A stretch of 64,000 bases of DNA. It comes from Oligosphaeraceae bacterium. Its GTDB lineage: Bacteria; Verrucomicrobiota; Lentisphaeria; Oligosphaerales; Oligosphaeraceae. Below the pieces are notes generated by a model. It made no database searches. It had not been told where the DNA came from and worked only from the letters and a program-made list of their open reading frames with translations. Each line of letters starts with the position of its first letter. Position 1 is the first letter of the stretch. This document shows positions 28,166 through 36,230 of this stretch, one piece after another. Position numbers and translations under genes: made by a program. The stretch lies in NCBI GenBank assembly GCA_051884615.1, contig JBJEVT010000041.1, positions 125,898 to 189,897 of the forward strand, read 5' to 3'.

Positions 28166-30733
28166 ATGTCCACCCCCTCCCCCATCCTCCTGGGAACCCT
28201 GGCCCTCCTCCTCCTGGGCGCTGCGCTCCCCGCCCCTCTGCCCGCCGCCCAGGACCCCGCCCTCTTCCTCTTCCCCGAGGAAAGTCCCCTTCCCCAGAGC
28301 CTGAACCGGCGCGCCGGCATGGAGGCCCTCTCCCAGCGCCTCTATAAAAACGCCATCCGGTATTTCACCCTGGCTCTCGCCGAGGAAAAGCTCCCCGAGG
28401 AGAAGGACGAGCTGTCTCTCCTGCTGGCCCGCTCCCTTCTGCTGGACGGGCAGCACGCCGAGGCGCTGAAGGTGGCCAACGACACCCTGACGGGACAGGC
28501 GGGAAAGGGGAAGGACCCCGTCCTGGCCGACTCCCTCCGTCTGGTGGCCGGCCTGGCCAGCCTCCAGGGGGGGGACAGCGCCACCGCCCTCAACTTCCTG
28601 CTCCCCCTCCGGGAAAGCCCCCTGATGGAGACCTCCCCCGCCCGAAAGGCACAGATCCTGGAGGCCCTGGGACAGGCATGGAACGCCAGCGGACTCTGGG
28701 AGGAGACCCGGCAGGCCCTCCTTCCCGCCCTCTCCCAGTTCGACTACGCCTCCCCGGAACGAATCTCCCTGGGCTGGAGACTCCTGGACGCCACCCTGCC
28801 CCTGGGACTCTGGCAGGAGACCCGCACCCTCCTGGACGAACTCTCCAGCCAGCCCGTCTCCCAGGAACGCCAGGCCCTGCTGAAACTGCTCCGCATCCGG
28901 TGCGACATCGGCGAGGGGAAAATCTCCGAAGCCAACCAATACTACCACGCCAGCCGCCTGGATTCCCTGCTGCCCCGCACCCCCGCCCCCACCTGGTGGG
29001 AGGTGCTCTCCTCCCTGGCACAGGCTTGCCAGGCAAAGGGCATGCCCCAGGAGGCCGCCCAGCTCTTCGGAGACGCCGCCCAGGTGGCCCCCTCCCCCCG
29101 GCAGGCACGGCAGGCGCGGGAGCTTCAGGCGGAGGCCCTGGTGGCCTGCCAGCGTCTGCCCGAAGCCAAGGAAATCCTCCTGGCTCTCCATGAGGCCCAG
29201 CCCCAGGATTCCACCCTCTCCCTCCGTCTTGCCGAAATCCGCATGAGCCTCCAGGAACGGCGCAGCGCCTCGGAACTCTTCCAGCAGGCCGCCGAAGACG
29301 CCGCCCTCTCCCGGGAAACGCGTTGCCGGGCATGGCAGAAGAGCGCCCAGTGCCTCTCTCTGGAGGGGCTTGCCGGGGACGCCTCCCTGGCCTATCAGAA
29401 AGCGGCGGCGCTGGCCGACACGCCCCGGGACCAGGCCGACTCCCTGCTCCATGCCGCCCGGGAAGAGGAGCGGGCTCTGCATGCCCAGGAGGCCGTCCGT
29501 CTGTATCTTCTGGTGGCCGACGCCCTGGCCGACCGTCTGCCCTCCGCGTCGGAGGCCCGGCTGGAGGCCGCCCGACTTCTCCGGGAGAACGCCCCCGCCC
29601 AGGCGGTGGCACAGCTGCGGAAATTCCTGGAGGAGCGGCCCGACTCCCCCCGCCTGTGGGAGGCCCGCCTCGCCATCGCCACCGCCACCCCGGAATATGC
29701 CCGGGCGGTGGAGGAGATGCTCCAGGTCGCCCGGGAGTGCCCCCAGACTCCCCTGGCCATCCAGGCATACTTCGAGGGTCATGCCCGCGCCCTGGCCCAG
29801 GGCGGCTCCGGTCTGGAGCAGGCCATGTCCATCCTCCAGGAGCTGCTGACCCGCTTCCCGGAGATGGAGGGAGAGAAGCTGCGGCTGGCGCGGCATCAGT
29901 ATCTCCTGCTGGGCCTTGCCCTGGAAAAGCCGGAGGCCCTGGCATGGGGACGGGACTTCCTGACCTCCTATCCGGACGCTCCGGAATCCCCCGAGGTGGC
30001 CATGAATCTGGCGGACTGGCTCTCCACCCAGAAGCGCCACGCCGAGGCGGCGCAGCTCTACCAGACCCTCCAGAACTTCCCCCAGGCCCCCCAGGCCCTG
30101 CGGGAAATGGCCGCCTATGAAGAGGCGTTCTGCCACGCCCAGCTCCCCGACGGCACCCCCAAGGCCCTGGAGCTCCTCCGGAATCTGGCCGCCACCGCCC
30201 GGCAAAACACCGAGGTGGCGGCCCGGGCCGCCTTCCTCCAGGGGGATCTCCTGACCTGGTCGGACGCCCCCCAGGACGCCCTGGAACAATACCGCATCGC
30301 CCGAGAAAAGGCCGGCGACACCCTCCTGGGGCTGGCCGCCACCGGAAGAATGGCCGAGCTCCTCTATGCCCTGGGCAAGGTGGAGGAAGCCGCCCGGGAG
30401 GCCGACGCCATCCTGCGGAAGGAAGGCCATGCCGACCGCCTTCTGCTGGCCAGGGCCAAGCTGGTGCGCGCCCGCTGCTACCGCCGCCAGGGCAACCTCT
30501 CCATGGCGAAGTCCTGCTACCACGACATCCGGCTGGAGTATGAATCCACCCGGGGCGCCGTCCCGGATGCCGCCGCCACTCCCGCCGTCTATGTGGCCGC
30601 GGTCAACGAAGTTCTGGAAATCCTGGACGAACAGGGAGAGGCCACCGCCGCCAAGACCGTTCGCCAAAACTACGGCAGGAACCCGGCGCTGCCCGCGCTG
30701 CCCGCCTCGCCCCAGCCGGAAAAGTCCCGCTGA
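28166..30733 (+). CDS. Large secreted tetratricopeptide-repeat (TPR) protein
   Basis: The signal-like N-terminus is ILLGTLALLLLGAALPAPLPAAQD. The rest is Ala/Leu-rich and helical with TPR-like periodicity. ATG 28166 is preferred over the TTG 28142 used by the track. Confidence 0.75.
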   Translation: MSTPSPILLGTLALLLLGAALPAPLPAAQDPALFLFPEESPLPQSLNRRAGMEALSQRLYKNAIRYFTLALAEEKLPEEKDELSLLLARSLLLDGQHAEALKVANDTLTGQAGKGKDPVLADSLRLVAGLASLQGGDSATALNFLLPLRESPLMETSPARKAQILEALGQAWNASGLWEETRQALLPALSQFDYASPERISLGWRLLDATLPLGLWQETRTLLDELSSQPVSQERQALLKLLRIRCDIGEGKISEANQYYHASRLDSLLPRTPAPTWWEVLSSLAQACQAKGMPQEAAQLFGDAAQVAPSPRQARQARELQAEALVACQRLPEAKEILLALHEAQPQDSTLSLRLAEIRMSLQERRSASELFQQAAEDAALSRETRCRAWQKSAQCLSLEGLAGDASLAYQKAAALADTPRDQADSLLHAAREEERALHAQEAVRLYLLVADALADRLPSASEARLEAARLLRENAPAQAVAQLRKFLEERPDSPRLWEARLAIATATPEYARAVEEMLQVARECPQTPLAIQAYFEGHARALAQGGSGLEQAMSILQELLTRFPEMEGEKLRLARHQYLLLGLALEKPEALAWGRDFLTSYPDAPESPEVAMNLADWLSTQKRHAEAAQLYQTLQNFPQAPQALREMAAYEEAFCHAQLPDGTPKALELLRNLAATARQNTEVAARAAFLQGDLLTWSDAPQDALEQYRIAREKAGDTLLGLAATGRMAELLYALGKVEEAAREADAILRKEGHADRLLLARAKLVRARCYRRQGNLSMAKSCYHDIRLEYESTRGAVPDAAATPAVYVAAVNEVLEILDEQGEATAAKTVRQNYGRNPALPALPASPQPEKSR

Positions 30734-30770
30734 CCCACGTCACGCCCACCCCCAAACGCCCCTCTTCCCC

Positions 30771-31709
30771 ATGAAGCCCCGTTTCCTTCTTCTCGCCCTC
30801 GCCCTCCTCTGCCCCGTCTGGTGCTCCTCCGCGGAAATCAGCGAATCCGTCCTGGCACGGGTGGGGGACACGATCCTCACCTCCTACGAGGTGCGCCTCG
30901 CCTCCGCCGCCGAAGAATCCCAGCTGCCCCCGGGGCTCTCCGAACGGGAGCACATGGACGCGGTGGCCGCCATTCGCCAGGAAACCCTGGAGGCCATGAT
31001 TCTCCAGGAACTGGTCTGGCTGGATTTCCAGGCCCTCAAGGGCAAGATTCCCGCCGAGCTGGTGCAGGAGCGCATCGACAACCTGATTCTGACCCAGGCC
31101 AACGCCAGCGAGGAGCGCTTCCGGGACATGCTGCACGGCATGAACATGACCTACAAGGAGTTCCAGGAGAAGATCACCAAGCAGCTGGCTGTGGAGATGC
31201 TCCTCTACGACCGCACCCGCCGCAACCTCTTCATCTCCGACGCCCAGATCCGGGAATATTTCCAGGAGCACCGCCAGGACTTCGTCACCGCTCCCCAGTA
31301 CCGGGTGCATGCCATCCAGCTGGCCGCCGGGGAGGGCTGGGAGGAGACCTGCCAGGAGATTCAGCGGCGTCTGAAGGAGGGAGAGGACTTCGGCGCCCTC
31401 GCCATCCAGTTCTCCCAGGGTCCCAATGCCCAGCAGGGAGGGGATCTGGGCTGGCTGGAGACCATGGCCCCCGCCCTTCAGCAGGTGGTGGACACCCTGG
31501 CCCCCGGAGAGGTGGCGGACGCCCCCCTTTCCCTGGGCAACGCCTACTACATCATCAAGCTGGCCGACCGCAAGGGAGGCAACGCCCCCACCCTCACCCC
31601 GGAACTCCAGGACACCATCCGCAAACTCCTGGAGGAGCAGACCGCCGCCCAGCGGCTGGAGGAGTACAAGAAGACGCTGGTCACCAAATATCCCCTCCGG
31701 AGATACTAG
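30771..31709 (+). CDS. SurA/PrsA-like peptidyl-prolyl cis-trans isomerase (parvulin type)
   Basis: The signal peptide is MKPRFLLLALALLCPVWCSSA. A SurA-N-like chaperone region precedes the parvulin motif FGALAIQFSQGPNAQQGGDLGW. Confidence 0.85.
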   Translation: MKPRFLLLALALLCPVWCSSAEISESVLARVGDTILTSYEVRLASAAEESQLPPGLSEREHMDAVAAIRQETLEAMILQELVWLDFQALKGKIPAELVQERIDNLILTQANASEERFRDMLHGMNMTYKEFQEKITKQLAVEMLLYDRTRRNLFISDAQIREYFQEHRQDFVTAPQYRVHAIQLAAGEGWEETCQEIQRRLKEGEDFGALAIQFSQGPNAQQGGDLGWLETMAPALQQVVDTLAPGEVADAPLSLGNAYYIIKLADRKGGNAPTLTPELQDTIRKLLEEQTAAQRLEEYKKTLVTKYPLRRY

Positions 31710-31817
31710 CCCGTCCTTCCCGCGGAAGAGAAGGGGGGGGGAGGAAGCATGGCTCCCCTCCCCTTGCGGGAGGAGCCCCGGAGGCGCCCAAGCTTCCCCC
31801 TCCCCACCTCCACGCAT

Positions 31818-31845
31818 TTGAAAAACCTGGGAAAACGGCTACATT
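31818..31845 (+). promoter_or_regulatory. Putative sigma70-type promoter (TTGAAA-16 nt-TACATT) for the bS22-like mini-gene
   Basis: The hexamers are read directly (31818-31823 and 31840-31845). The promoter lies about 73 nt upstream of ATG 31919. Confidence 0.4.
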
Positions 31846-31918
31846 ACGCCCCTGTCATTTTCTTCTCTCATTTCCCATAACATCATCACCCTTCATCACA
31901 CACTGAGGACACACCAGA

Positions 31919-32008
31919 ATGGGCTCCGTTAAGAAGCAGCGCCGCCGGAAGATCGCCAAGCACAAGAGGGACAAGATCCGCAAGGCGCTTCGCCACAAGA
32001 ACAAGTAG
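31919..32008 (+). CDS. 29-aa highly basic mini-protein resembling ribosomal protein bS22 / AURKAIP1-COX24-like family
   Basis: The product is MGSVKKQRRRKIAKHKRDKIRKALRHKNK. A GAGGA SD lies 9 nt upstream. It is flanked by a promoter-like site and a strong intrinsic terminator, and is too short for the ORF track. Confidence 0.6.
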   Translation: MGSVKKQRRRKIAKHKRDKIRKALRHKNK

Positions 32009-32134
32009 TCACGAAGCAGGAAGCCCGGGCGGGCTCCCCGGATGTTCCGGGAGGATTTCCCGCCCCTTCCTCCCCCCTCTCTCTTCCCCCGGGCGCGACG
32101 CCAGACCCACCCCTCTGGCACGAGACGCCTCGCA

Positions 32135-32172
32135 ACGCCGCTGGACATTCCTCCAGCGGCGTTTTTCTTTTT
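32135..32172 (+). terminator. Rho-independent terminator after the mini-gene
   Basis: An 11-bp perfect stem acgccgctgga / tccagcggcgt with a 6-nt loop is followed by tttttctttttt. Confidence 0.8.
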
Positions 32173-32243
32173 TCCCCGCCATCCCCTCTTTTTCCCAGGA
32201 GGGGGGAAGGCGCTGCCTCGGGAAGGCGGACTACATTAGCCCC

Positions 32244-33926
32244 ATGCCTCTTCTCCTCCTCCATCTCCTCCTCCTCCTGGGCCTGTGCCTCCCGGCGCTG
32301 GACGCCCAGACCATCCCCGCGGAACGCCGTTCCCCCCTGCCTCCTCTTCCGAAGGAGCTCCAGGAGGAGAAGGAGCTCCTCCTGGACTACGCCTCCGTGG
32401 CCCTCCAGGATCTCCTTGCCCCCGAGGAGAATCCGGGAAGCGAGAAGGACGGGCAGGTGCTCATGGGGATTCTGCGGCGGCATCCCCAGGCGGTGCCGGC
32501 CCTGGAGCGCCTCTTCCAGCTTCGGCTGGAGCGCGGGGAGGAGGAGCTCCTGCTGGAAGAGCTGCGGGAGCTGAACCAGGGAGAGAATCCCCCCCTGGAG
32601 ACTCAGTGCGCCCTCTGGGATCTGCTCTTCTATCTGGAGGAACCCGAGGCCGCCCCCCTTCTGGAGACCATACGCCGTCGGGCGCCCGAAAATCCCCAGG
32701 TCCTGCTGCGGGCCATCCAGTTCTATCACGAGCAGGGAGAGAAGGAAGCCCGGGACCAGGCCATCGCCCTGGCCGTCTCCCTCCCCGACTTCCCGAAGGA
32801 TTTGTCCCTCAACTTCCTCCTCCTCCGCATCGCCGCCGAGACCCGGAACACCGCCATGGCGGCGGAGGCCGCCCAGCGCATCACCGACGACACCCAGGAC
32901 CTCCTCCTCCGCGACACCGACTACGCCGACGATTTCCAGGACGCCTGGAACTATCTCTGGGAGGCCAGGATGTACCATCCCCTCTCCCTCATCCTCCACC
33001 CCGTCCTCCCTCTCCTGTGGGACATCCTCGGGACGAATGATCCCAAGGAGTTCCTCCAGGTGACCTTCTACATCGCCCTGAAGGCCCAGGACTACACGGA
33101 AGCGGAGGAGATCCTCCGCTTCTTCCAGGACAAGATGTCCCCCCAGCTCTGGAACGAGGCGCTGCCGGATGTTCTGGGCGTCTTCCCGACGGTGGAGATG
33201 GAGGATTTCGCGCCCTTCCAGAGGGTCCCCCCCGCTCCCTTCCTGAAGATTCAGGGGGACATCCTGGAAAGCTACCTGAACTCCCTTCCCCTGCTTCTCC
33301 GCAAGGACGACTACCTCCGGCACCTTGCCAAGCTGGGCGCGTGCGTCAAGGACGCCCCCCGCATCATCCGGGCGCTTCGCCAACTCGCCAATCCCGATCT
33401 CCAGGACAGCCTCCTCCTCCTGGACGCCCTCATGTTCGCCGAGAATCTGGAGGAGGCGCGTCTGGAGATGCGGCGCATCCAGGCCCGCTTCCCCGGGGAG
33501 CTCGACGCGGATTTCTATTTTCGCCAAGCCTATCTGGAGGAGCTGGCGGGGGAGATCGACGCCGCCATCCAGGCCAGCCAGAAGGTCCTGGAGCGGAATC
33601 CCGACTTCCACGAAGCCGCCAATTTCCTGGGCTATCTCTACGCCGACCACAACATCCACCTGGACCTGGCGGAACCCCTCATCCAGAAGGCTCTCGACGC
33701 AGACCCCGGAAATCCCGCCTATGTGGATTCCCTGGCCTGGCTCCGCTATCGTCAGGGGCGCCCCGCGGATGCCCTCGTCCTCATGGCAAGGGCATTCCAT
33801 TCTCTCTTCCAGGATCCCGAAGGGGAGCTGGACAGCGAGATGTCCCTGGAGCTTCTGGAGCATCTCCAGGAAATCCTGAGGGCCCTGGGGGCGGGCCGCC
33901 TGGCCGACTTCCTCTCCGTTCCCTGA
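32244..33926 (+). CDS. Secreted TPR-repeat protein
   Basis: The signal peptide is MPLLLLHLLLLLGLCLPALDAQ. C-terminal TPR consensus stretches are present (AANFLGYLYADHN, PAYVDSLAWLRYRQGR). Confidence 0.7.
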   Translation: MPLLLLHLLLLLGLCLPALDAQTIPAERRSPLPPLPKELQEEKELLLDYASVALQDLLAPEENPGSEKDGQVLMGILRRHPQAVPALERLFQLRLERGEEELLLEELRELNQGENPPLETQCALWDLLFYLEEPEAAPLLETIRRRAPENPQVLLRAIQFYHEQGEKEARDQAIALAVSLPDFPKDLSLNFLLLRIAAETRNTAMAAEAAQRITDDTQDLLLRDTDYADDFQDAWNYLWEARMYHPLSLILHPVLPLLWDILGTNDPKEFLQVTFYIALKAQDYTEAEEILRFFQDKMSPQLWNEALPDVLGVFPTVEMEDFAPFQRVPPAPFLKIQGDILESYLNSLPLLLRKDDYLRHLAKLGACVKDAPRIIRALRQLANPDLQDSLLLLDALMFAENLEEARLEMRRIQARFPGELDADFYFRQAYLEELAGEIDAAIQASQKVLERNPDFHEAANFLGYLYADHNIHLDLAEPLIQKALDADPGNPAYVDSLAWLRYRQGRPADALVLMARAFHSLFQDPEGELDSEMSLELLEHLQEILRALGAGRLADFLSVP

Positions 33927-33946
33927 ACGCCCCACCTCCCCCATCC

Positions 33947-34588
33947 ATGTCCCCCAATCTGTTCATCACCTTCGAAGGCGCCGACAAGGCAGGGAAATCC
34001 ACCCAGATCCTCCGGCTGGAGGAACGCCTCCTGGCCGCCGGAAAATCCGTGCTCCGCACCCGGGAGCCCGGCGGCACCCCCCTGGGAGAGGAACTCCGCA
34101 GCCTGGTCATGGTGTGCCGGCAGGAAAAGCTGGCCAACGAGACGGAACTGCTCCTCTTCGCCGCCAGCCGGGCGCAGCTCCTCCGGGAGACCATCTGGCC
34201 CGCCCTCCAGGAGGGAAAGACCGTCCTCTGCGACCGCTTCGCCGACTCCACCACCGCCTACCAGGGCTTCGCCCGGGGCATGGACCGCGCTTTCCTGGAG
34301 ACGCTCCACCAGTTCACCGTGGGGGGGCGCTGGCCGGATCTGACCTTCCTCCTGGATCTTCCCGTGGAGGAGAGTTTCCGCAGACTCCACCGGGTGCTTC
34401 AGGAAACCCACGGAGAGAACGACCGCTTCGAGGAGGAGGGGCGTTTGTTCCATCAGAGGGTGCGGGAGGGCTTCCTGGCGGTGGCCCAGGCGAATCCCCA
34501 GCGGGTCGTGGTGCTGGACGCCACCCGTCCTCCGGAGGAATTGTCCCGGGAGATTTGGGAGACCGTGCAGCGGAGGATGGCCCTATGA
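33947..34588 (+). CDS. tmk: dTMP (thymidylate) kinase
   Basis: From ATG 33947: FITFEGADKAGKSTQ (P-loop), TREPGGTPLGEELR and the DRFADSTTAYQG motif. Confidence 0.93.
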   Translation: MSPNLFITFEGADKAGKSTQILRLEERLLAAGKSVLRTREPGGTPLGEELRSLVMVCRQEKLANETELLLFAASRAQLLRETIWPALQEGKTVLCDRFADSTTAYQGFARGMDRAFLETLHQFTVGGRWPDLTFLLDLPVEESFRRLHRVLQETHGENDRFEEEGRLFHQRVREGFLAVAQANPQRVVVLDATRPPEELSREIWETVQRRMAL

Positions 34589-35637
34589 GCACTCCCGTCG
34601 CGCCCGCCGAAGAGTGGAGGCGTCTCTTCCCCAAGCAGGCCGCCGCCTTGGAGGCCGCCAATGCCCACCACCGCAGAGGGCAGGCCTACCTCTTCACCGG
34701 CTCCTCCCTGGAACCCATGATCCTCTTCGCCCGGGGCTGGGCGCAAACCGCCGCCTGCCTCTCCCCCACTCCCCAGGGCGCCGCCTGCGGACACTGCCGG
34801 AACTGCCAGCTCTTCCGGAACAACGCCTACAGCGAATTCTTCACCGTCGCCCCGGAATCCAAAATCTCCACCATCCGGGTGGAGAAGATCCGGGAATTCA
34901 ACCAGGACATGGCGCTCTCCACCCCGGATGGCATGCTGAAATTCGGCATGGTGGTCCAGGCGGACGCCATGATGCCCGAGTCCGCCAACGCCTTCCTGAA
35001 GACCCTGGAGGAACCCTCCCCCCAGGTCATGTTCCTCCTCCTCACCACCCGCCCCCAGGCACTGCTCCCCACCATCCGCTCCCGCTGCCAAACCCTCCTG
35101 CTGCCCTCCAACCAGCGGGACTACGGCCAGCTGGTGCCCCGGGAATTTCTGGAGATCCTGGGGCGCCTCCATCGGGGCGCCGGCGCCAAGGTCGCCCTGA
35201 ACGCCTCGCGGGAGCTGCTCCTGCTCTTCGGCCAGCTGAAGGAGCAGGCCGCGGAAAACACCAAGGGCGGCTTCGACCCGGAACTGGAGGAGCAAGCCAA
35301 GAAGGACAAGACCCTCCGGGACGAGATGAAAAAACGCCAGGAGGCCAGGGAAGCCACCGAATACGCCAAACTCCTGGGCAATTATCTGGAGACCCTCCAA
35401 AGCTGGTTCTACCAGCGCTTCCTCATGGCCTCCGGCATCCCCCGGGAACGACTCCCCCAGCAGGAGTTCCTCCCCTTCCTCCCTCCCGACACCCCCGCCC
35501 CCTCCCTCCTGGAAGCCCAGGAAGACCTGAAGCTGGTGGAACAACTCCGCAGAGCCCTCCATGCCAAAGTCCCCGAGGATCTCTGCCTGGACGCCTTCAC
35601 CCTCCCCCTCTGCGAAATCCCGCCCCGGCAACCCTGA
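34585..35637 (+). CDS. holB: DNA polymerase III delta-prime subunit
   Basis: The ATG overlaps the tmk stop (ATGA). Motifs are QAYLFTG, the zinc module CGHCRNCQLF, NAFLKTLEEP and TIRSRCQ (SRC motif). tmk-holB is a classical gene order. Confidence 0.85.
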   Translation: MSTPVAPAEEWRRLFPKQAAALEAANAHHRRGQAYLFTGSSLEPMILFARGWAQTAACLSPTPQGAACGHCRNCQLFRNNAYSEFFTVAPESKISTIRVEKIREFNQDMALSTPDGMLKFGMVVQADAMMPESANAFLKTLEEPSPQVMFLLLTTRPQALLPTIRSRCQTLLLPSNQRDYGQLVPREFLEILGRLHRGAGAKVALNASRELLLLFGQLKEQAAENTKGGFDPELEEQAKKDKTLRDEMKKRQEAREATEYAKLLGNYLETLQSWFYQRFLMASGIPRERLPQQEFLPFLPPDTPAPSLLEAQEDLKLVEQLRRALHAKVPEDLCLDAFTLPLCEIPPRQP

Positions 35638-35696
35638 AGCCCTCCCCCTGGGCGGTTGCGTTTTTCTCCCAGGGAACTAAATTATGCGCCACGCAC

Positions 35697-35786
35697 GGAG
35701 AGATGCCGGAGTGGCCGAACGGGGCGGTCTCGAAAACCGCTAGCCTGGCAACAGGCTCGGGGGTTCAAATCCCTCTCTCTCCGCCA
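35697..35786 (+). tRNA. tRNA-Ser (anticodon CGA), class II with long variable arm, CCA encoded
   Basis: Manual fold: acceptor GGAGAGA/TCTCTCC, D stem CCG/CGG, anticodon stem GCGGT/ACCGC with loop CTCGAAA, variable stem AGCCTG/CAGGCT, T arm GGGGG-TTCAAAT-CCCTC, discriminator G, then CCA. Confidence 0.93.
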
Positions 35787-36230
35787 CTTGTTTCTTGAGG
35801 GGAGAATATTCCACCGGACCATTTGTCCCCGTTTTCCGGGGACGGGCGCAAAGAGGGAGAGGGGGACTTTCCCGCAGGGGAGGATTCCGCAACGAGCCAC
35901 AGGGAAGGCACCTCGGCAAGACACGGATGCGTCTTCAGAAGAACGCGTGCGCCCGTCCTCTTCCGCGGAAGATTCCCGAATTCCCGTGGTTCGCGAAGAA
36001 GATTGACTTGCTGCCGCTGCCCGGCGCCTCCCCTCCCCGGGGTTTCCCTTCTCTTCTCCGGCCCGCCCAGGAGAAAACCGGGCGAAGCCCATTATTTTAT
36101 CCTCTTTTCGTTCCCCGGGTTTCCCCCTTCGGGAAAGCGTCTTTTTCCCCCTCTCCTGCCTGCCGTCGGGAGCGTCCCGCCTTTGATTCCCCGGCACCTT
36201 TCATCCCCCCTCTCCGGAAAAATTCCCCCC

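Noticed and set aside
34585-34588. 4-nt ATGA overlaps (tmk/holB at 34585-34588; DUF374/helicase at 56916-56919), considered as possible recoding sites.
   Set aside because: These are ordinary translational-coupling overlaps. No slippery sequence or downstream structure is present.
35656-36197. ORFs 35656-36006(+) and 35682-36197(-) overlapping the tRNA and the spacer.
   Set aside because: They overlap a well-folded tRNA gene and have Arg/Gly/Pro-rich sequences with no coding signature.
35697-36230. tRNA-Ser followed by a 440-nt non-coding stretch, considered as a possible integration hotspot or att site.
   Set aside because: I found no integrase, no direct repeat of the tRNA 3' end and no compositional shift downstream. 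The adjacent gene is an ordinary GH2 mannosidase.
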